The notes: a model not told the origin generated them from the letters alone. Positions 1 through 8,957 are shown, numbered from the stretch's first letter. The stretch is 32,000 nucleotides of DNA from Caldimicrobium thiodismutans (GCF_001548275.1 NZ_AP014945.1:570001-602000); one strand, 5' to 3'. A program made the numbers and translations.

Positions 1-1235
1 TTCTCTTTGCTAAAAACGAACTTTCCTCGGAGACCTTTGACTTTGTAAAAAAATTCCTTGACCTTGGCGATATTGTTGGAATTGTGGGAAGGGTGATGAA
101 GACCAAAACTGGAGAAATTACCCTTCTTGCAAAAGAGGTGAGGCTTCTTACCAAGTCTTTGAGGCCTTTACCTGAAAAATTTCATGGCTTACGAGATGTA
201 GAGCTTCGTTATCGTATGAGATATCTGGATCTCATTATGAATCCAAAGGTAAAAGAAATCTTTCGCACAAGAACTCGGATTATTCAATATATTCGAGATT
301 ATCTAATCTCTGAGGGATTTCTTGAGGTAGAAACCCCTATGATGCAGCCCATCGTTGGGGGAGCAACAGCTAAACCCTTTGTAACTCATCACAATGCCTT
401 GGATATGAATCTTTACCTGCGTATTGCCCCAGAACTTTATTTAAAGAGGCTACTTGTGGGTGGTTTTGAAAGGGTCTTTGAATTAAACCGCAACTTTAGA
501 AATGAGGGTGTTTCAAGCAGGCACAATCCTGAGTTTACCATGCTTGAATTTTACGAGGCCTATGCGACTTATGAAGATCTTATAAGGAGAACAGAAGAAA
601 TTTTTTATGGTTTGGCCATAGATTTAATTGGTTCGCCAGGCCTTGAATACCAAGGAGAGACTATTGATTTTACTCCCCCCTTTAGAAGACTTCATTTTCT
701 TGAATCACTTGTCTCCTTAGGTGGAGTGCCAAGGGAAATCCTTGGAGATAGAGACAAACTCCTCAATTTTTCAAAGGAAAAAGGGATAGAGCTAAATGTG
801 AAAGACCCAAGAATTGGAAAGTGGTGGACGAAACTTTTTGAAGAGCTTGTTGAGCCAAAACTTATTCAGCCAACCTTTGTGCTGGAATATCCGATTGAGG
901 TCTCTCCCCTTGCCAGAAGGAGTGACAAAAATCCAGAGGTAGCGGAGAGATTTGAGCTCTATATCGGAGGTAAAGAAGTAGCTAACGCCTTTTCAGAGCT
1001 TAATGATCCAAGGGATCAGAAGGAGCGCTTTGAGGCCCAGTTAAGGCTTCGAGATGTAGATGAAGAGATTCCTCCTGAAGTAGATTACGATTTTATTCGG
1101 GCCTTAGAATATGGGCTTCCCCCTTGCGCAGGTGAAGGTATAGGTATTGATAGAGTGGTTATGCTATTTACTGATTCACCTTCCATTCGAGAGGTTATTC
1201 TTTTTCCTCATCTGAGACGCAGAGAGGATTTGTGA
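1..1235 (+). CDS. lysS: Lysyl-tRNA synthetase, class II (C-terminal ~410 aa; the 5' end lies upstream of the window)
   Basis: Frame 3 is open from base 3: LFAKNELSSETFDFVKKFLDLGDIVGIVG precedes the listed Met, so the ORF-track start at 84 is internal. Class II aaRS core motifs are present: NRNFRNEGVSSRHNPEFTMLEFY (motif 2-like) and GEGIGIDRVVMLF (motif 3-like). The whole length resembles bacterial LysS. Confidence 0.92.
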   Translation, partial: LFAKNELSSETFDFVKKFLDLGDIVGIVGRVMKTKTGEITLLAKEVRLLTKSLRPLPEKFHGLRDVELRYRMRYLDLIMNPKVKEIFRTRTRIIQYIRDYLISEGFLEVETPMMQPIVGGATAKPFVTHHNALDMNLYLRIAPELYLKRLLVGGFERVFELNRNFRNEGVSSRHNPEFTMLEFYEAYATYEDLIRRTEEIFYGLAIDLIGSPGLEYQGETIDFTPPFRRLHFLESLVSLGGVPREILGDRDKLLNFSKEKGIELNVKDPRIGKWWTKLFEELVEPKLIQPTFVLEYPIEVSPLARRSDKNPEVAERFELYIGGKEVANAFSELNDPRDQKERFEAQLRLRDVDEEIPPEVDYDFIRALEYGLPPCAGEGIGIDRVVMLFTDSPSIREVILFPHLRRREDL

Positions 1236-2452
1236 GAAAATTTTTGTCCTGGGAACTCTGGTTAGCCTTAAGATACATTATATCTCCCAAAAGGGAGAGA
1301 TTTACCGGTATTATAACCCTGATTGCTATAATAGGGGTCATCCTAAGTGTTTCAGCTCTAACAATTGTAAATGCAGTTATAACAGGGTTTAAGGAAGTTG
1401 TGGCAGAAAAGATATTGAGCCTGAATCCCCATTTAAGCATCACTTTTTATTCTCCAGAAGAGGGGAGAAAACTTATTCATATTATAGAAAAAAGCATCCC
1501 TAAGGAAGATCTCAGGACCTTACAACTCGTCTCCACTCAGCAGGGGCTTATTGTAAAAGGGGGACAACCCGTTGGCATAATTTTAAAAGCAGTAGATCTT
1601 TCCCGTTACAGTAAGGAAAAGGGCTTTAAGTATTTTAGGTATGAGCTCTCTTCCAGGGAAGAAGGTGGAATCCCTGTCATTATTGGAGCACGATTAAGAG
1701 ATAAACTTGGGATTGCTCAAGGAGAAAGGCTTACCTATATTAGTATTGAAGGCTTTTATACACCCTTTGGTTTTTTCCCCAAAATAAATACCCTGGAAGT
1801 AATAGGTTTTTTTGAAACAGGAATTTATGATTACGATTTTAATCTCCTTTTCACTTCCTTTGATCTCTATACACAGAGAGTTACTCCGAGAAATTATTCC
1901 TTAGAGCTCAAATTAGGGGATCCCTTTAAATCTCAACATTATAAAACCATTCTTCAGAGAAATCTGGGTATAAGTTATTATATTCTTGACTGGCAAGAAT
2001 GGAACAGAAATCTCTTTTCCGCCCTGAAAATGGAAAAACTTGGGCTTTTTGTAATTTTGAGCTTGATGGTTGCAGTTTCCCTTTTTACTATTCTTTCAGC
2101 CATGATTATGCTTGTCTCAGAAAAGAAGGGAGATATAGCTATTTTACAGGCTCTGGGAGCAACCTCTGGCAATATTCTTAAGATTTTTTTCTATGCCGGC
2201 TTTTTTCTCTCGGGAACTGGGGTCATTCTTGGTCTTTCTCTGGGAGTTTTTTTAAGTCTTCTTCTTTCTAAGTATCCTATTATTAAACTACCGGGAGAAG
2301 TTTATCCTGTAGAATATATGCCCATAAGTCTTCAGCTTACAGATCTATTATTGATTGGGGTTGTAGCTATCCTTATAAGTCTTCTTAGTTGTCTCTACCC
2401 TGCTAAAAAGGCAGCTCAATTTAGTCCAGCTGAGATATTGAGAAGGGAGTAG
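1232..2452 (+). CDS. lolC: Lipoprotein-releasing ABC transporter permease, LolC/LolE (FtsX/MacB-type) family
   Basis: The N-terminus LALRYIISPKRERFTGIITLIAIIGVILSVSALTIVNAVITGF is typical of LolC/E. It is followed by a large periplasmic loop and a C-terminal FtsX-like 3-TM bundle. The GTG start overlaps the lysS stop by 4 nt, and lolD follows after 2 nt. Confidence 0.85.
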   Translation: MRKFLSWELWLALRYIISPKRERFTGIITLIAIIGVILSVSALTIVNAVITGFKEVVAEKILSLNPHLSITFYSPEEGRKLIHIIEKSIPKEDLRTLQLVSTQQGLIVKGGQPVGIILKAVDLSRYSKEKGFKYFRYELSSREEGGIPVIIGARLRDKLGIAQGERLTYISIEGFYTPFGFFPKINTLEVIGFFETGIYDYDFNLLFTSFDLYTQRVTPRNYSLELKLGDPFKSQHYKTILQRNLGISYYILDWQEWNRNLFSALKMEKLGLFVILSLMVAVSLFTILSAMIMLVSEKKGDIAILQALGATSGNILKIFFYAGFFLSGTGVILGLSLGVFLSLLLSKYPIIKLPGEVYPVEYMPISLQLTDLLLIGVVAILISLLSCLYPAKKAAQFSPAEILRRE

Positions 2453-2454
2453 GA

Positions 2455-3156
2455 ATGCTTCTGAGGGCTCATCAGATCAAAAAGGGATTCTCTAACGGCA
2501 AAAAAAGGATTGAAGTATTGAAGGGGATTAATTTTGAAGTAAATAAAGGGGAAAAGATTGCCATTCTTGGGCCTTCAGGATCAGGGAAAACCACTCTTTT
2601 AAATATTTTGGGAACTTTAGAAAGGCCCGATTCCGGAGAGGTTTTCTGGGAAGAAAAGGTATTAAATTTCCGAGATGAAAGGGAGCTCTCTTTTATTAGA
2701 CGAAAAAAAATGGGCTTTGTCTTCCAGTTTTATCATCTCATGCCCGAACTTAATGTCCTTGAAAATATTATGCTTCCTGGTCTTATGGAGGGCTTGCCAA
2801 GAAAGGAGGCTCAAAAAAGAGGGGAAGAGCTACTTAAAAGACTTAAACTTTCTGAAAAGGCTTGGCAGAGAATTTATACCCTTTCAGGGGGAGAGCGTCA
2901 AAAAGTAGCCATTGCCAGAGCCATTTTTCTCTCCCCAAAAATACTTTTTGCAGATGAGCCAACGGGAAATCTTGATGCAGAAAGCGCAAAAGAAGTAGTT
3001 CAGTTATTTCTTGAGTTAAATCAGGAGCTTTCTTTAACCTTGGTTGTGGTGACCCATAATCTTGAGATTGCTAAAAAAATGGATAGAATCTATTTACTTA
3101 AAGAGGGTTTTCTTGTAGAATATAGTGAAACCTCTTTGAGGGAATCGGGTGACTAA
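2455..3156 (+). CDS. lolD: Lipoprotein-releasing ABC transporter ATP-binding protein
   Basis: Walker A GPSGSGKTT, ABC signature LSGGERQKVAIARA and Walker B ILFADEPTGNLD are present. The gene sits directly after the LolC/E-type permease. Confidence 0.88.
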   Translation: MLLRAHQIKKGFSNGKKRIEVLKGINFEVNKGEKIAILGPSGSGKTTLLNILGTLERPDSGEVFWEEKVLNFRDERELSFIRRKKMGFVFQFYHLMPELNVLENIMLPGLMEGLPRKEAQKRGEELLKRLKLSEKAWQRIYTLSGGERQKVAIARAIFLSPKILFADEPTGNLDAESAKEVVQLFLELNQELSLTLVVVTHNLEIAKKMDRIYLLKEGFLVEYSETSLRESGD

Positions 3157-5785
3157 AAAACTTTGGCTTTTTTTCTTTACAGTTCTTTTTTTCTCAACCA
3201 CCCCCCTTTGGGCCTTGGATAAAATTTTAATTTATGAGCAAAAAAGTTTTGGAGAGCCTCAAAATGAAAAAGTTCTCACTACCTATCTTGAAGGCTTAAA
3301 GGAGAGGGTTAAAAAAGTAGGTTATGATCTCGAGATCAAGGGTTTTCCTGAGAAAACAGCTCTTGCTTTTTTAAAAACCGGTGAATACAGAGGGCTTGCA
3401 GAGGTTAAGCTTACTTTTATAAAGGATACCCTTAGCCTTGACTGGAAAATCTATAAGGTAGGCCAGAAAAATCCCTATTATTTTTATGTAGTGGGAAGAT
3501 CCGATCGTCTTGAAGAGGTTTTTAGGGATACTTTAAAAGAGCTTGAGGCTATCTTAAAGGCAAAGGTCTTGATTGAGAAGATAAGATTTGTTGGAAATAA
3601 AAGGGTAGGGGAGGATCTGCTATTTCCTAAAATAAAAAGTAAAGGTGGGGACCTTCTTGATTTAAAGATTGTTAACGAGGATCTGAAGACTCTTTATAAA
3701 CTTGGCTATTTTGAGAATGTGGAGGTTCAAATAGATGAAGGAGAAAGAGGGATAGATCTTGTTTTTAAGGTAAAGGAGCGGGAATCTATTAAAGAGATAA
3801 CCTTCAAGGGCTTAAAGGAGGCTAAGAAAGAGGATCTGGCTAAAATTATTGAGTTAAAACCAGGAGATATTCCCACCCCAGAGAAATTGAATAAAGCCCT
3901 TGAGAACCTCAGAAGTTATTATGAGCAACTGGGTTTTCATGGGACAGAGATTAATCTTAAGACAGAGAAAGCCAGTCCAACCCAGATAAATCTTGTTTTT
4001 GAAATCAAGGAAGGTAAGAAAAAATATATTAAAAAAATTGAATTTCAGGGGAATAAGGCCCTTTCAGAAAAGGAACTAAAGGGTTATCTCTCTGTTTCAG
4101 AAAAGAGCGCCTTTTCACCTATTAAAAAGTATACTCGTTATATAACCCAGTTTGTGAGCCCTGAACCTCAAGCAGAACCTGGGGTTTATAACCTGGCTTA
4201 TCTCTACAGAGACCTTGGAAAAATTGAAACTGCTTATAAAAACAAAGGGTATATTGAGGTAAAAATTGGTGAACCCCAGATTTCTGAAGAAGCAGACGGA
4301 GTGGTTATTAAGATTCCCATAGAAGAGGGGCCTCAATACAGGGTTAAAGAAGTAAAAATTGAGCAAGATCTCTTTCCCATTGAGGAAGTGACTAAAAGAC
4401 TTAAGACTCAACCTGGAAAGGTCTTTAGTCTTGGAGAGCTTAAAGAGGATGAGGTAGTGCTTACTCATCTCTTTTCAGATTTTGGCTATGCTTATGCTAA
4501 GGTGGACACAAGTTTTGATAAAGTTCCAGAGGGAAACCTTCTTAAGGTAAGTTTCAAAGTTGATAAGGGGCCTGTGGTTTTTATAAATCGTATTGATATC
4601 GAAGGGAATACTAAGACCAGAGATAAAGTTATTCGTAGAGAGATACTTCTTTCAGAGGGTTGGCCTTATTCCGGGAAGCGTTTAGAAAAGAGTGAAGAAA
4701 GATTGAGAAGGCTTGGTTACTTTGAGGATGTTAAGATTGAAAAAGAAAAGGGAGTTAAAGAAGAGGATCTAAATCTCAAGGTAAAAGTAAAGGAGGCCTT
4801 AACAGGAACATTCAGTATCGGTGCAGCTTATAGTTCCAGTGACAAACTTGTCTTTATGACGGAGGTCTCCCAGAGAAACTGGCTTGGTAAAGGACAAAAA
4901 GTGAGTATCTCAGCCAAAATTGGCTCCCGATCATCAAGGTATTCCCTTAACTTTTTTGATCCTTATTTCAGAGATACACGCTATTCCTTAGGTTGGTCCC
5001 TCTATAATTATGAAACTAAATATGAGGACTTTACCAAGGATAGTACAGGAGGTTCTCTTAAGCTTGGCTATGTCTTTACTCCAGAGTTTTCCGCTTATCT
5101 TGGCTATAGATATGATGATTCTAAACTTAAGGATGTTTTGAACAACGCCTCGGTAATTATTAGAGAATCTCAGAAGATTCATGTTACCAGTGCTATGGAG
5201 CTTGGGGCAGTCTATGATTCAAGAAACCGCTTCTTTCTTCCCACAAAAGGCTGGTATCACGAATTAGGGTTAAGTTATGCAGGTGGATTTCTGGGAGGGG
5301 ATAGTAGATTTATTAAGTTTACCGGAGAACATCAGGTTTATTTTCCCATTAAAAAAATCACAGGTCACCTTGTCTTTGGTTATGGTTATATAACAGAAGG
5401 CTCAGGTAAAACAGTGCCTGTTTTTGAAAGATTTTATTTGGGTGGTATATCCTCAGTTAGAGGCTATAAATTTGGAGATATTTCCCCCATTGATCCAGAT
5501 ACAAAGGAAAGGATTGGGGGAACGAGAATGTTTTATTTCCAAGGGGAAAGTATTTTTCCTCTGATTAAGAGCATCAATCTTAATGGAGTTCTCTTTTACG
5601 ATATGGGTTCTGTATGGAGCAAACAATATCAGTTCAGTTCTTCAGAGATCAGAAAGAGCATAGGTGTAGGTATTAGATGGTTTTCTCCTCTCGGGCCTTT
5701 AAGAATAGAATGGGGTTATAATATCGATAAAAAACCTGGTGAAGACAGCTCTAACATTAATTTTCAAATTGGAGGAGGTTTTTAA
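3149..5785 (+). CDS. bamA: Outer membrane protein assembly factor BamA (Omp85 family) with an extra N-terminal domain of about 130 aa
   Basis: There is a signal peptide (LWLFFFTVLFFSTTPLWA) and repeated POTRA-like units starting near IEKIRFVGNKRV. A C-terminal beta-barrel carries an RGY motif (SVRGYKFGD) and ends in an aromatic residue (NINFQIGGGF). The GTG start has GAGGGA upstream and overlaps lolD by 8 nt. Confidence 0.9.
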   Translation: MTKKLWLFFFTVLFFSTTPLWALDKILIYEQKSFGEPQNEKVLTTYLEGLKERVKKVGYDLEIKGFPEKTALAFLKTGEYRGLAEVKLTFIKDTLSLDWKIYKVGQKNPYYFYVVGRSDRLEEVFRDTLKELEAILKAKVLIEKIRFVGNKRVGEDLLFPKIKSKGGDLLDLKIVNEDLKTLYKLGYFENVEVQIDEGERGIDLVFKVKERESIKEITFKGLKEAKKEDLAKIIELKPGDIPTPEKLNKALENLRSYYEQLGFHGTEINLKTEKASPTQINLVFEIKEGKKKYIKKIEFQGNKALSEKELKGYLSVSEKSAFSPIKKYTRYITQFVSPEPQAEPGVYNLAYLYRDLGKIETAYKNKGYIEVKIGEPQISEEADGVVIKIPIEEGPQYRVKEVKIEQDLFPIEEVTKRLKTQPGKVFSLGELKEDEVVLTHLFSDFGYAYAKVDTSFDKVPEGNLLKVSFKVDKGPVVFINRIDIEGNTKTRDKVIRREILLSEGWPYSGKRLEKSEERLRRLGYFEDVKIEKEKGVKEEDLNLKVKVKEALTGTFSIGAAYSSSDKLVFMTEVSQRNWLGKGQKVSISAKIGSRSSRYSLNFFDPYFRDTRYSLGWSLYNYETKYEDFTKDSTGGSLKLGYVFTPEFSAYLGYRYDDSKLKDVLNNASVIIRESQKIHVTSAMELGAVYDSRNRFFLPTKGWYHELGLSYAGGFLGGDSRFIKFTGEHQVYFPIKKITGHLVFGYGYITEGSGKTVPVFERFYLGGISSVRGYKFGDISPIDPDTKERIGGTRMFYFQGESIFPLIKSINLNGVLFYDMGSVWSKQYQFSSSEIRKSIGVGIRWFSPLGPLRIEWGYNIDKKPGEDSSNINFQIGGGF

Positions 5786-5849
5786 AGGAGCTTGCAATTT
5801 TGGATAATTATATTAAATTTGAGCTCAAAAGGTAAAGGAGGAGAGCAGA

Positions 5850-6047
5850 ATGTCCAAGATATGTGAGGTCTGTGGGAAAAAACCTGTTTGTGGAAATAAG
5901 GTCAGCCACTCTAATAAAAGATCCAGTCGCTGGTGGTATCCCAATATTCAAAGTATAAGGGTTAAGCTCCCCAGTGGGCAGATTAAGAGGATGAAGGTTT
6001 GTACCCGGTGTATAAAGGCCGGTAAAATTCAAAAAGCTGTGAGTTAA
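5850..6047 (+). CDS. rpmB: 50S ribosomal protein L28
   Basis: The 65-aa product MSKICEVCGKKPVCGNKVSHSNKRSSRWWYPNIQ is a typical L28. A strong SD (AAGGAGGAG) lies 7-8 nt upstream. Confidence 0.93.
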   Translation: MSKICEVCGKKPVCGNKVSHSNKRSSRWWYPNIQSIRVKLPSGQIKRMKVCTRCIKAGKIQKAVS

Positions 6048-8233
6048 ACAAGTTTTCTTTCAACCTTTAGAACTCCCTCAACCTTACTTATATTGGCAAT
6101 GACCTTATCTAAATGTCCCCGGTCTGAAACCTCAACATAGATTTCAAAGAAGGCCTTTTTATCCGGGGTGGTTTTAACCTCGGCCTTGAGGATATTGCCC
6201 TCAGCACTTGCAATAGCAGAGGAAACATTGGCTAAAAGACCTTTTCTGTCAAGGGAAACCACATAAAGATGAGCAGGATAGGTTTTCCCATCTGGTTTTT
6301 CCCATTTTACCTCAATAATTCTTTCGGGATCAAGATCTGCTAAGTTTGGACAGTCGGTGCGATGCACTGAGATTCCCTTTCCACGGGTGATATACCCCAC
6401 AACTTCATCACCTGGAATAGGTCTACAGCACTGGGCTAAATGAAAGAGCAAATCAGAAGATCCATCAGCAACTAAACTAAGGCCTGGTTTTTTTTCAGGA
6501 ATTTTGGTTTCAGGCACTTTATGATAACTTATTACTTCATGTGGAGCCTCTTCAATCTTTGGAAATCCCTTGTTTATTTCACTATAGGACTTGATAACCT
6601 GTTTAGGGTTTAGTTTCCCTGTTCCAAGTAAAACAAATAATTCCTCAGAAGATTTTAATCCCAGTTTCTGTAATAACTCTGCAAAGAGGGGTTCCCTTTG
6701 AAAATCATTTAGGCTGTAGTTGTATTTTTTAAGTTCCCGTAGAATGAGCTCCTTTCCAACAGCAATTTGTCTTTCTCTTTCCTCATGTTTGAACCATTGT
6801 TTGATACGGGACCTGGCACGGCTTGTTTTAACAAATTTTAGCCAGTCTCGGCTTGGTTTTTGATGAGGGGAGGTCTCAACACGCACGACATCCCCTGTCT
6901 CAAGCTTGTAATCAAGAGGCACTAACTTTTCATTAACATAGGCCCTTACACAGCGATGTCCTATTTCTGTATGAATACTATAGGCAAAGTCAACTGGTGT
7001 GGAATCAACAGGTAGAACAATTACATCCCCTTTAGGGGTAAAAACATAGATTTCCTCTGGGAAGAGATCAAGCTTTAAGGATTCCAGAAATTCCCGTGGG
7101 TGTTTAAGTTCCCTCTGAAGTTCTATAAGCTTAGCAATCCACTCAAATTGTTTGTATTTTGAGGAATCAACGACTGCGCCCTCTTTGTATAAAAAGTGAG
7201 CGGCAATTCCCTCATTGGCAATTTTATCCATATATTCAGTGCGGATTTGGATCTCAATTTTTTTCCCATCAGGTCCTATAACTGTAGTGTGGAGGCTTTG
7301 ATACATATTTGGTTTAGGAAGGCTGATATAATCTTTAAATCTTCCGGGCACGGGTTTCCAGAGGGAATGCACAAGTCCCAGGGTTTTATAGCATTCTTCA
7401 ATAGAATTTACAATTATTCTAAACCCAATCAGATCATAGATTTGATCAAGATCATTTATAGTAAGATTATATTTTTGAAGTTTACGATAGACACTATAGA
7501 GATGTTTTACCCTTCCCAGAACCTCACCTTTTATGTGATTTTCTTTGAGGAGGTTAGTTAATATTTCTTTTACCTTTTCAACAAAACCTTTTGCCTCTTT
7601 TATTCTTTTTTCAACCTCTATCTTGAGTTTCCTATAATCTTCAGGATAGAAATATTTAAAAGAGAGGTCTTCAAGTTCTGTTTTAACCCAATCAATACCG
7701 AGTCTACCAGCTAAGGGTGCATAAATCTCAAGGGTTTCCTGAGCAATTCTTTTTTGTTTATGTTCTGGCATGGCCTCTAAGGTTCTCATATTGTGAAGTC
7801 TGTCTGCCAGTTTGACTAAAATGACCCTGAGGTCTTTAGCCATGGCAAGTAAGATCTTTCTTAAGTTTTCTGCCTGTTTGGTAATTTTATCCGAATAACC
7901 TGGTAAATTTTTAAGCTTGGTTACTCCTTCAACAATGGTGGCTACATCTTTGCCAAATTCCTTTTCAATGGTTTCAATGGGGAATTGACAATCTTCCACT
8001 GCATCGTGAAGAAATCCAGCGGCAATAGTGGGAAGATCAAGCTTCATTTGAGCAAGAATGAAAGCAACTTCCATAGGATGGGCTAAATAGGGCTCACCTG
8101 ATTTTCTAATCTGACCATCATGCAGCTTGGCAGCCCATTCATAGGCTTTTTCAACAAGACGCGTATTAACACCAGGTAGATAGCTCTGTATCTGATCTAA
8201 TATTTTGCCCAAAGAAACCTGACTTTCTATCAT
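6044..8233 (-). CDS. rel: Bifunctional (p)ppGpp synthetase/hydrolase, RelA/SpoT (Rel) family
   Basis: The N-terminal HD hydrolase domain shows HDGQIRKSGEPYLAHP and FLHDAVED. The synthetase domain shows RFKDYISLPKPNMYQSLHTTV. TGS-like and C-terminal ACT-like regions follow. Length is 729 aa. Confidence 0.93.
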   Translation of the reverse strand: MIESQVSLGKILDQIQSYLPGVNTRLVEKAYEWAAKLHDGQIRKSGEPYLAHPMEVAFILAQMKLDLPTIAAGFLHDAVEDCQFPIETIEKEFGKDVATIVEGVTKLKNLPGYSDKITKQAENLRKILLAMAKDLRVILVKLADRLHNMRTLEAMPEHKQKRIAQETLEIYAPLAGRLGIDWVKTELEDLSFKYFYPEDYRKLKIEVEKRIKEAKGFVEKVKEILTNLLKENHIKGEVLGRVKHLYSVYRKLQKYNLTINDLDQIYDLIGFRIIVNSIEECYKTLGLVHSLWKPVPGRFKDYISLPKPNMYQSLHTTVIGPDGKKIEIQIRTEYMDKIANEGIAAHFLYKEGAVVDSSKYKQFEWIAKLIELQRELKHPREFLESLKLDLFPEEIYVFTPKGDVIVLPVDSTPVDFAYSIHTEIGHRCVRAYVNEKLVPLDYKLETGDVVRVETSPHQKPSRDWLKFVKTSRARSRIKQWFKHEERERQIAVGKELILRELKKYNYSLNDFQREPLFAELLQKLGLKSSEELFVLLGTGKLNPKQVIKSYSEINKGFPKIEEAPHEVISYHKVPETKIPEKKPGLSLVADGSSDLLFHLAQCCRPIPGDEVVGYITRGKGISVHRTDCPNLADLDPERIIEVKWEKPDGKTYPAHLYVVSLDRKGLLANVSSAIASAEGNILKAEVKTTPDKKAFFEIYVEVSDRGHLDKVIANISKVEGVLKVERKLV

Positions 8234-8247
8234 ATAGTTTAATATTA

Positions 8248-8276
8248 AATCTAAATCTAAAATTAAAAAACATCAA
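8248..8276 (-). promoter_or_regulatory. Candidate sigma70-type promoter for rel (-35 TTGATG, 17-nt spacer, -10 TAGATT on the minus strand)
   Basis: This was read by eye on the minus strand. The -10 ends about 14 nt before the rel ATG, and no Shine-Dalgarno lies in between. That implies a very short or absent leader. Confidence 0.25.
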
Positions 8277-8282
8277 GAGAGT

Positions 8283-8436
8283 GTTTGCGTCCATATCTTT
8301 TGAGGCTCTATAGGATTTTTTCTTAGGGCGCAACACAAATTAAATCTCTCCACATACCCATTCCCCTTCGGAAAGAAAGGATAAATAATCTGCAAAATCT
8401 TTCCTTAAGTAGAGGTTTAAAATTTTAAACCCCTAC
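8283..8436 (-). repeat. Copy A of a ~150-nt intergenic repeat element (palindromic cap plus body), oriented toward rel
   Basis: The reverse complement of 8283-8400 aligns to 13562-13681. By hand alignment, 81 of 86 core positions are identical. A 10/11-nt divergent patch follows, then 23/23 identical positions (CTCAAAAGATATGGACGCAAACA). The cap 8411-8436, AGAGGTTTAAAATTTTAAACCCCTAC, contains the perfect 18-bp palindrome GGTTTAAAATTTTAAACC. Confidence 0.85.
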
Positions 8437-8444
8437 ATGGGGCT
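8428..8444 (-). terminator. Possible intrinsic terminator after the Cys-repeat ORF / dxs operon
   Basis: The minus strand reads AAGCCCC-ATGTA-GGGGTT followed by TAAAATTTT, 11 nt after the stop at 8455. The stem is short (4 GC pairs plus 2 weaker pairs) and the T tract is interrupted. Confidence 0.3.
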
Positions 8445-8454
8445 TATGATTTTT

Positions 8455-8877
8455 CTATTTGCAAAAGGAGTTTTCTGGATATTTTCGGCAAAATTGTGAG
8501 ATTTCTTCAGAGAGAAGCCCCTTAGTTTCAAGCTCTGCCTGTTTTAATTCCTGCCAGAGCTGACAATTTGGATTTTGGGGTAAAATTTTGGTGCAAAAAA
8601 GGAAAAGATTGCTTCTGAAACTTTTTTGGCAGAATTTTTCTTTTGGATTTTTAGAACAAAAATCTTTGATATCTTTATAAATTAAGCTTTTAACTTCAAG
8701 CCTTTTTTGTCTGATTTCAAACCATCTTTGACAAAGGGGACTTGAAGAGGAAATTTTAGTGCAGTAAGTGTTTATATCCCTTTCGGATTTAATAGGAGAT
8801 TTGTGAGAATCTTGGGCAGAAATACTCCCAAAAAAAAGACATAAAAGACCAAGACTTAAAAAAAGTTTTTTAACCAT
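8455..8877 (-). CDS. Small secreted cysteine-repeat protein (140 aa), function unknown
   Basis: The signal peptide is MVKKLFLSLGLLCLFFGSISA/QD. The mature part is two tandem copies of C-x9-C-x24-C-x8-C: CTKISSSSPLC...FCSKNPKEKFC and CTKILPQNPNC...FCRKYPENSFC. I recognise no family. Confidence 0.7.
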   Translation of the reverse strand: MVKKLFLSLGLLCLFFGSISAQDSHKSPIKSERDINTYCTKISSSSPLCQRWFEIRQKRLEVKSLIYKDIKDFCSKNPKEKFCQKSFRSNLFLFCTKILPQNPNCQLWQELKQAELETKGLLSEEISQFCRKYPENSFCK

Positions 8878-8957
8878 GGCAAAAAGATATTTGCAAAAAA
8901 TATACCCTTTACAATTATATAAATTTGCTTCTTTGAAAGCCTAAGCTTACAAAAAAG

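Noticed and set aside
5786-5849. An imperfect long hairpin (GAGCTTG...TTGAGCTC) between bamA and rpmB was considered as a terminator.
   Set aside because: The stem is interrupted, the loop is long, and no T tract follows. The sequence runs directly into the rpmB SD, so I do not call a terminator.
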